Below are positions 56,655 through 64,000 of a DNA stretch of 64,000 nucleotides, one piece after another. Both the position numbers and the translations under genes were made by a program. Position 1 is the stretch's first letter; each line of letters begins with the position of its first letter. This stretch comes from Cycas panzhihuaensis (lineage: Eukaryota > Plantae > Cycadophyta). The notes beneath the pieces are model-generated. The model made no database searches. It was not told the DNA's origin and saw only the letters and a program-made list of their open reading frames with translations. The stretch lies in the NCBI GenBank assembly GCA_023213395.1, contig CM041465.1:125867741-125931740 (forward strand), given 5' to 3'.

Positions 56655-58015
56655 TGGAAAAAGATCATACCTACCTAAACCAGAACCAGAACCCTTACCT
56701 AGCCTTGGGGAGAACCTATCGCGATGTCTTGAAAACAAACGAGGAAGAATCCTTTGACCTAACACCGGAGATTGTGGACAACCAAGCTAGTTTGAATGTC
56801 CCTTTGGCTTTGGTTGAAAAAACTGAAAGATTATGGGAGAATTGCCTGGTGGGTAGATTCTCAGGCCCCAAGCTGGGACTGGAAGCCATAAGGACTTGGA
56901 TAAAGACCAAATGGAGAACAACGAGCAGTGTGGAGGCAATAGCCATGCCTAAGGGCTGTGTGCTTTTTAAATTTGCCTCGTATGATGACATGTCTAGAAT
57001 TCTGATTAGGGCTCCTTGGATGTTCAGAAGAAAGGCCCTTTCTCTCGAGAAATGGCATAGGGATTTTGATCCCTCGAGCCCTAAAATCAGACAAGCTCCT
57101 ATCTGGATCCAACTCCCGGGCCTCCCCCTTCACCATTAGAACCCTAAGGTGCTTAGAGGCATTGTGAAAGTGGTGGGCCCTTTATTAGCAATGACCAAGA
57201 ACGAGGAATGTGAGTAGGCTCATAAATGCCAGAATTTGTGCTCTGGCAAGATTAGATAAGCCCCTCTTGGATGAAATTCAGATGGTTTTGCTGGATAAGA
57301 GTTGGGTTCAACCGTTGGTGTATGAGATGGACCACTTCAGATGTTCAAACTGCAGAAATTTGGGGCATCTGCCCCAGAAGTGTCCGGGAGTTTAGTCCTC
57401 AAAATATGAGAAGGAAAAAAATCCACTTGCCTCAAACCCCCAAGAAATAGGGGTGGGTTTTGAATGCCCAGCACCCCTAGAGACCGCAGAGGACTTCCTC
57501 CCAAATTTAGGTTTTGACCCAAACATGGAGGACTCGTTGTTGGAGGAGGACGACCAAGTGGCTCAGACCCCCGAGACCCAGGTGGGCTCGGATGGTGGGG
57601 ATGGAGTGAGGGATCCTCCCCACTCCGGCGATGAGACTACCATATTGACTGGGCAGGAGCATCCCAGCGGGAGGAAAAGAAGGATAAAATGGCGAGTTGG
57701 AGGCGATTACCCCCAGTGGTTGAAGCGGATAAGGGGGTTGACGGTACGGAGGTACTGGGCAGGGCGGCACCTGTTTCACCGTAGCTACCGGCCTCATCTC
57801 AAAAGAAGATGCCTGACATAGGGGCCGAGAAGAAGGTTGGCAGGCCGCCTTCTAGGGTACAAAGGGAGAAAGATTCTACCGGTGTAGACTTAGGCACCCA
57901 GAAAACTTTAAAGGAAGCATTCCTAGAAGGACCTATTCTTAGATCTAGTATAGCTGCTAGAGACCCCCCAAAAGGGGATACTGCAGAGGTTTGGAAACTG
58001 AGAAAGAAGCGATGA
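56654..58015 (+). pseudogene. LINE ORF1 (DUF4283-type + CCHC zinc knuckle), disrupted
   Basis: LVGRF, PWMF, APIWIQLPGLPLH, CSNCRNLGHLPQKC; contains stops and frameshifts; TGA at 58013-58015. Confidence 0.9.
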
Positions 58016-61000
58016 AATTCATGTCATGGAATATTAGGGGTTTGAATGCCCCGTCGAAGCAAAGAATAATTAAGGATATGAGAACTAGACATCAATTGGA
58101 CCTCTTATTTCTGCAAGAAACAAAGCTGAGCAAGGAGAATGTATCAAAGACCAGGAGCAAAATTTGGAAGGATGCGGATGGCTCAGAGAGGGACTATAGT
58201 CAAGGCGTCGTAGGATTGATGGTGCTTTGGAACCCATCTATCTGGTTGGGAGAAACCTTTTTGATTGAGGACTCCTTTATTTCGGCCTGGCTAACGAACA
58301 AAAGTAACAACAGCACATGGATTGCTACCAATGTTTAGGCTCCAACTCTTCAGACAGCCAGGAAGAGGCTCTGGGATAGACTAATCGAAGCCCATAGGGA
58401 CTGCCAGCTTCCATGGTTCTCAAGTGGTGACTTTAACTCGGCTCTAACCCCTGGAGATAAGAGAGGAGGATCTGGGGGTTGGACCACTAGCATGGCCGAG
58501 TTTGGCAACTTCCTACAACAAGGAGGTTTGGAAGATGTCAGACTTAGGGGGGCATCATACACCTGGACCAACAAGAGGTCGGGGGACAGCCTTATTCAAA
58601 TTAAGTTGGATAGGGTGCTGGTTAATTATGAGTGGATGAGGTGTTTCTCTGACTTTGCGTTAGAGGCATTACCAAGGATCAGTTCGGACCACTCGCCTCT
58701 CACGCAATTTTCTCAATTCGACTAAATTGGGGCCCCTTCGATTTGAATTAATGTGGCTTCGCCACCCAGACCTTCGAAACAGAATTGTGGATTGGTGGAA
58801 TATAGACATCAAAGGACACGTTATGTACAGATTTTCAAAGAAGCTGGACTAGGTTAAAAGAAAAGTTAAGGCCTAGAACAAGGAGGTCTTTCAAAACATA
58901 AATGAACAGAAGGACAAAACTATCCAGGACCTGAAAAGCATAGAGGATCAAATTGAGCGGATGGGTAGATCAATGGAGCTGGACAAGGCGGAGAAGGAGC
59001 TCATCGAGACTATGGAGGAGATACTTAATAGGGAAGAGATCCATTGGAGACAAAAATCTAGGGCCCTCTGGCTGGCCGAAGGTGATAGAAATACTAGATT
59101 TTTTCATATGACCACAAGAGAAACATAGTAGCGACAATAACGTAATCAATAGTCTTCTCAAGGATGATGGGTCCATTGTCGCCTCGGCCGAGGGCATGAA
59201 GGAGTCGGCTTGTGACTATTTCGTGGACCTTTGCCGAACCTCCAAAGTAGGGGATAGGAGGAGAGAGTTCTAACAATATCCCTGCTTTGGTGAATGGGGA
59301 GAAGAATGCTCGACTCTACGCCCCATTCACTCGTGGATGAGGTCAAGGCACCCTCTTTGGTATGAAGAAAGATAAGGCGTGTCCCGATGGTTTTCCACGG
59401 GTTCTTTCTGTGAATTCAGGATATTATTAAAGGGGATCTCATGGAAGCAATGAAGGAATTTCAAGTGAACAGAAAGATTCTACAAGAGTGGCAGTCCACA
59501 TTCCTTGTCCTCATCCCCAAGAAATATGGGGCAAAAAGGATGGAGGAGTTCCGCCCTATAAGTCTTTGTAACGTCAAGTATAAAATTTTAACTAAGGTTC
59601 TGGTGAATAGGATGAAGAAAATTATGCCTAACATCATTTCCCAGAACCAAGATGGTTTTCTCCGGGGTAGACAGCTATACGATGGTTATATTGTTGTACA
59701 TGAAACAATCCATTCAGCTGCAGAAAGGAAAGAGCCAGTGATGCTTATCAAGATCGACCTTTCGAAGGCCTTTGATAGGGTCTCCTGGGATTGTCTGTTA
59801 GAATGCCTTGGGGCATTTGGCTTTGGGGAGACTTGGCGGTCTTGGATAAAACTATGCATAGGCAACCCGCAATTCTCCGTCATTATAAATGGCTCTTCCT
59901 CCAGGTTTTTTCCAAGATTTAGGGGGCTGAGGCAGGGAGACCCTCTCTCCCCCTTCTTGTTTATTACGATGGCTGAGCTTCTGGGTAGGACCCTGGAGGC
60001 AGTCAGAAGACAGGGGGCCATAAAAGGCATAAAGCCAACATCTAGTGTGGATAATGTGATTCATCATTAATTCGTGGATGATAATATTTTTTTAGGGGAG
60101 GCTACTCTAAGGGAGGCCTCCAAACTTAAAGAGATATTGGGCCACTTCGAGGAGGCCATGAGTCAAAAAATAAATTTGAATAAGAGTAATGTCTTCTTCA
60201 TTAATACCCCATGTCATGTCTAAGGCAGGATCAGTAGACTTTTAGAGATGAGCATTAAAAAGCTCCCCACAATTTATCTTGGGCTACCACTCTTTGTTGG
60301 GAGAATGTCCAAGGATATGTGGAACCCCCTTTTAGATAGGATGCAAAGGAAGCTGGCGGGCTGGAAAGGCGCTGTGCTGAGCTTAGCCGAAAAGCTCCAG
60401 CTTGTGGCTTCGACGCTGCAGAGCATACCTGTATTTTGGATGTCTATATTCGTGGTTCCAAAGCAGTATATCAAACATTATAGAATCTATCCGTAAGAGA
60501 TTCCTCCTGCCTGGTGAGAGCAAAGATGTAATTCATTTGGTAAGTCGGAATAAAGTGTGTACTCAAAATGGGCCGGTGGCCTTAACCTGAGAAGGACTTC
60601 TCCTTTCAATGTCGCTTTAGGGGCTAAATTGGGATGGCGGTTATTTAAAGGGTGACATAGACTATGGGAAAAGATCCTGGATAGAAAATACATTCAAGGG
60701 GGTTCTTTCCTCGGGAATGAGGCTTCGCAGGTTGGTTCAACAGTCTGGAGAAGCATATTAAAAGCATGGAAGACTATAAGGAATGGTTTGAAATAGAGAC
60801 TTGGGAATGGTAATTCCATCAGATTCTGGGAGGACGTTTGGTGCTGCGATGTTGCGCTTAAGGATTGCCCAGATCTGGATCCTATTATGGGTCCTTGTGT
60901 CAGGCAATATGGTACACATGTTAAGGATTATTGGATTGGGAATAGCAAAAATAGGAGATGGAAGTCCTTCGAGGAAATTCAAATAGAAAGATTGCAAGAA

Positions 61001-62185
61001 AGCATAAACAAATTAAAAATGATTCTCCATAAGAATTATATTCCTAGAATGCCCTTGCCGGATTCGGTGGTGTGGCCTATGGGCCCACACGGGGACTACA
61101 CGGCTAAACAAGGATATCATTTCCTTTGCTTAACCAGAGGGGATCATAAGAATCCTACCCTTACTAGTGTTTGGAGGCTACCTATCATTCCTAAGATCGT
61201 CATATTCTGGTGGACCTGCCTCAAGAACAAAATCCTCACCATAGACAATCTCAAAAAGAGAGGCTTTTCGCTGGTGAATAGATGCCCCTTATGTTGCTTA
61301 GAGGAGGAATCTATGGATCATATATTTATTGGATGTTCTTTTACAAGAGAGGTCTGGAGGATGTTACTCGGGAAACTGGAGGTTTGCTGGACTTTCTCAG
61401 AAAAGACTATTGACTTATGGCTTGCCTGGCTTAGCCCTTTTAGAAGTAGAACGCTGAGCCGCATTTGGATGTGCGCACTCCCGATATTGGCATGGAATAT
61501 ATGGAAGGAGAGAAATCAGAGAATTTTTCAGGGAACCCAGATGGACCAGATTGCCATCTTCGGCAGAATAAGATTGGACATTAAGGAAAACGTTGGGAAA
61601 GTGAAAGAGAAACGTATTTCCTTGCCAGAGAGTAGGATTCTAAGTAAATGGGGTATACAGCCTGATTTTGAGGCGGACAGGCCCAGATGCAGCAGTTGGC
61701 AGCCCCCCGAGGAGCCCTGGATCAAAGTTAACTTTGATGGGGTGGCTAAAGGGAACCCCAGGGAAGCGGGTGGTGGGGGTATCTGCAGGGATTGCACTGG
61801 CTCCCCAATTTGGGCTTTTGCGGATTACTATGAATGTCAGACAAACCATTATGTGGAAATGAGGGCTATGTTTAAAGCCCTGGACCTAGCTGCTGAAGGA
61901 AATGCCCAGCGTCTAGTTTTAGAGGGGGATTCAGAGGTGGTGCTTAAGGTTCTGAGAGGGGAGGCCCTTCCAGACTGGAGATTCCAGACCCTTTTTAATG
62001 ACACCAAAGAGATCATTAAGGGACTGGAGGAAGTCCGTATAAGGCACACTTTGAGAGAAGGCAACAAGCCAACTGATTTCTTAGCAAGTTAGGGAGCAAG
62101 GCACCAGGAAGGTCAAGTGTGGAGAGGTGAGTTCCCTAGGGATCTTATGGTTATGGTAGAAAAGGATATGATCAGTAATAGCTAG
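58012..62185 (+). pseudogene. LINE ORF2 (APE endonuclease, RT, zf-RVT, RNase H), disrupted
   Basis: MKFMSWNIRGLN, LQETK, GDFN, SDHSP, FRPISLCN, KAFDRV, GLRQGDPLSP, FVDD, YLGLPL, RCPLC..EESMDHIF, WNIWKERN, NFDGVAKGNP, LEGDS. Confidence 0.95.
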
Positions 62186-63341
62186 CCGCGGGGCTTGTCC
62201 CGACATTTAGCTCTCTGGCCTAGACCGCGGGGATGTCACGGTCATATATATATTGGTTAGCACAGCGTCTTCAGATATAATAGGTTGTGGGATCCTGTTC
62301 AAACCCACTATAAATTTATTTTATCTTACCAAAAAAAAAAAAAACTCACAACATAAGATTCAAAAGAATAGAATATGCATAAATTCCTATAAAATATATA
62401 AGAAGCATTATAGAAATTGATGGTTAAATTAGAAGGTCTAGAGGAAAAAGAAAAGGATTAGGAAGTAAAGAGAGAGAAAACCAATTGTACGATTGAAGAA
62501 TAATCCAATAAGGAGACTATTTATGAATAACATAATGTAAAGTTTGCATGGTAAACTAAGACCCACTAGCTAGCTACATGTTGAAGAATCTGAGAGACAA
62601 AACATCTCCAAAAATATACTTGTAAATTCTAATCTTGCTCTATGCTAATCATATCTTTTGGTAATTTTCATATTTGTGTTAAGTTTCCAAGTTTTGTAGC
62701 CTTGGAAAACCTCTCACATCATGTTCAATAAGATCCCAGAACTAATATAAAGGTTGAAGCCCTCAAATCCCGTCTCCTAATATAAGAAATTTTTGTTTGA
62801 CGTCTTCACCCCATCTTATTCTTTAGGAAGAAATTATCTCATTATAATGATGTTTATTAGTTTTATCTCTTCTTATCTCTTACTTCTATGGGTATAAATG
62901 TCTTTTATAATGCTATTATTTTTTTACTCTCTATTTACTTAATTATATTTCAAATAATATTCTTATTTCACATTGTTCTTTTCCTCTCTTCCTATGCATT
63001 GTATTATGTCCCTCTCATAAACCCTTTCTCATAAAGAACATTTAGCCCTTACCACCTATTCATCACTTATAAACCCCTATATATCACCTACAAACTAGGC
63101 ATTTCATAGACTTGCTTATCAATCAAATTTCATTTACTTGTCATTATCTATACCATTATCCTCCTCCCTTATTTTATCCTTACCCATCCTCCATTAATCC
63201 GTTGTAAGGTATGTATGTATGTATGTGTATTAAGGGAGAGGGGTGTGTACAGATTATTTTTATATTTATTAGTTCACAACATAAGATTCAAGGAAAAAAT
63301 GTAATCATACAGACTTTAAGCAACTTATTAATATTAGATTA

Positions 63342-64000
63342 TGTTAGAAAATACAATTGAAGCAAAGAAGGTCTACAGGATCTTTCACATTAGGCAGATA
63401 TCAAGCAGAGACAGATCTCACGAGATACCAGATTGTCGTGGGAAACCCTTATAGGTGAAAACCCACAAATGAAAAATAATCACATTATGACAAACTGATG
63501 TATTACAAAAGTAGACTTTGATCTATATTTATAGATCTAAAGTACCAAATATAATTACAATTACATCAACTATTTCACTACACTCGAAAATATACCTCCA
63601 CATAATTAGACATAAAAATAGGGAGGCCCACTTTACATTAGGTGGTATGGTCACATTTTCTAACATCCCCTCTTAATATAAATGTGAGGCAATAAGGTTT
63701 ATCATTGGGAATAGATCCCCTCTCCAGGATAACCTTACCAAACCTAATATGCACAAACATCGATGTAGTGATATTTAGCTTGAGCTTGGTGAATACGTCC
63801 ACAAGTTGATCTCAACTTGGACAATCTTCAACCTGCATCTTCTCTGATTTGAACATAATGGTTCCATGCCTCGTATGTGCTTGATTCTTTAGAAATACTC
63901 TAATAGACCTATAACCATACAACTCTCTCTACACCTGACACTTTGTCCATTCAACTCAGCCATATTCCTCTAACTAAACCAAGAGGTTGAGCCACTTGAG
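63342..64000 (-). mobile_element. Ty1/copia family 4 3' end: LTR 63342-63665, PPT, RNase H; runs off the right edge
   Basis: LTR bounded by an 11-bp inverted repeat TGTTAGAAAAT...ATTTTCTAACA; PPT tcccctcttaa; minus-strand DQLVDVFTK. Confidence 0.88.

Larger units (their letters stand above)
55865..62344 (+). mobile_element. Full-length L1-clade LINE with RNase H (uORF, ORF1, ORF2, 3' UTR, poly(A))
   Basis: Perfect 16-bp TSD CTCACAACATAAGATT (55849-55864 / 62345-62360); poly(A) at 62331-62344; all L1 domains in order. Confidence 0.97.

Noticed and set aside
61700-62185. RNase H domain in LINE ORF2 as a novelty
   Set aside because: Already known for plant L1 lineages such as Ta11-like elements.

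Overview
Eukaryotic, AT-rich, repeat-dominated plant DNA. A gymnosperm-like genome is an inference from the TE lineages and strong CG/CHG decay. No clearly intact host gene, rRNA, tRNA or CRISPR array is visible. The left ~47 kb is a decayed tandem array of one unit: AT-rich block X, MAPKK 5' flank, intronless group-D-like MAP kinase kinase (MKK7/9-like), 3' flank with a microsatellite, and a CRM-type Ty3/gypsy with nested copia elements. Three MKK copies are present: A 2564-3517, B 21974-22920 and C 24122-24907. A fourth unit keeps only the 3' UTR and flank. The rest is nested LTR retrotransposons (copia, CRM, a Reina-like chromovirus) and L1-clade LINEs with an RNase H domain. Highlights: (1) a LINE family with a conserved extra sense ORF of ~150 aa upstream of ORF1, a conserved MASLG[G/E]* mini-uORF, TAATG and ATGA stop-start overlaps, and conserved 3' stem-loops; (2) MKK copy B lacks the stops shared by A and C and is broken mainly by micro-deletions at CAG/CTG sites, which looks like methylation-linked long-read error, so it may be an intact gene; (3) a reconstructable history of nested insertions and microhomology-mediated rearrangements. 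All alignments and counts were done by eye, and boundaries of degenerate elements are approximate.
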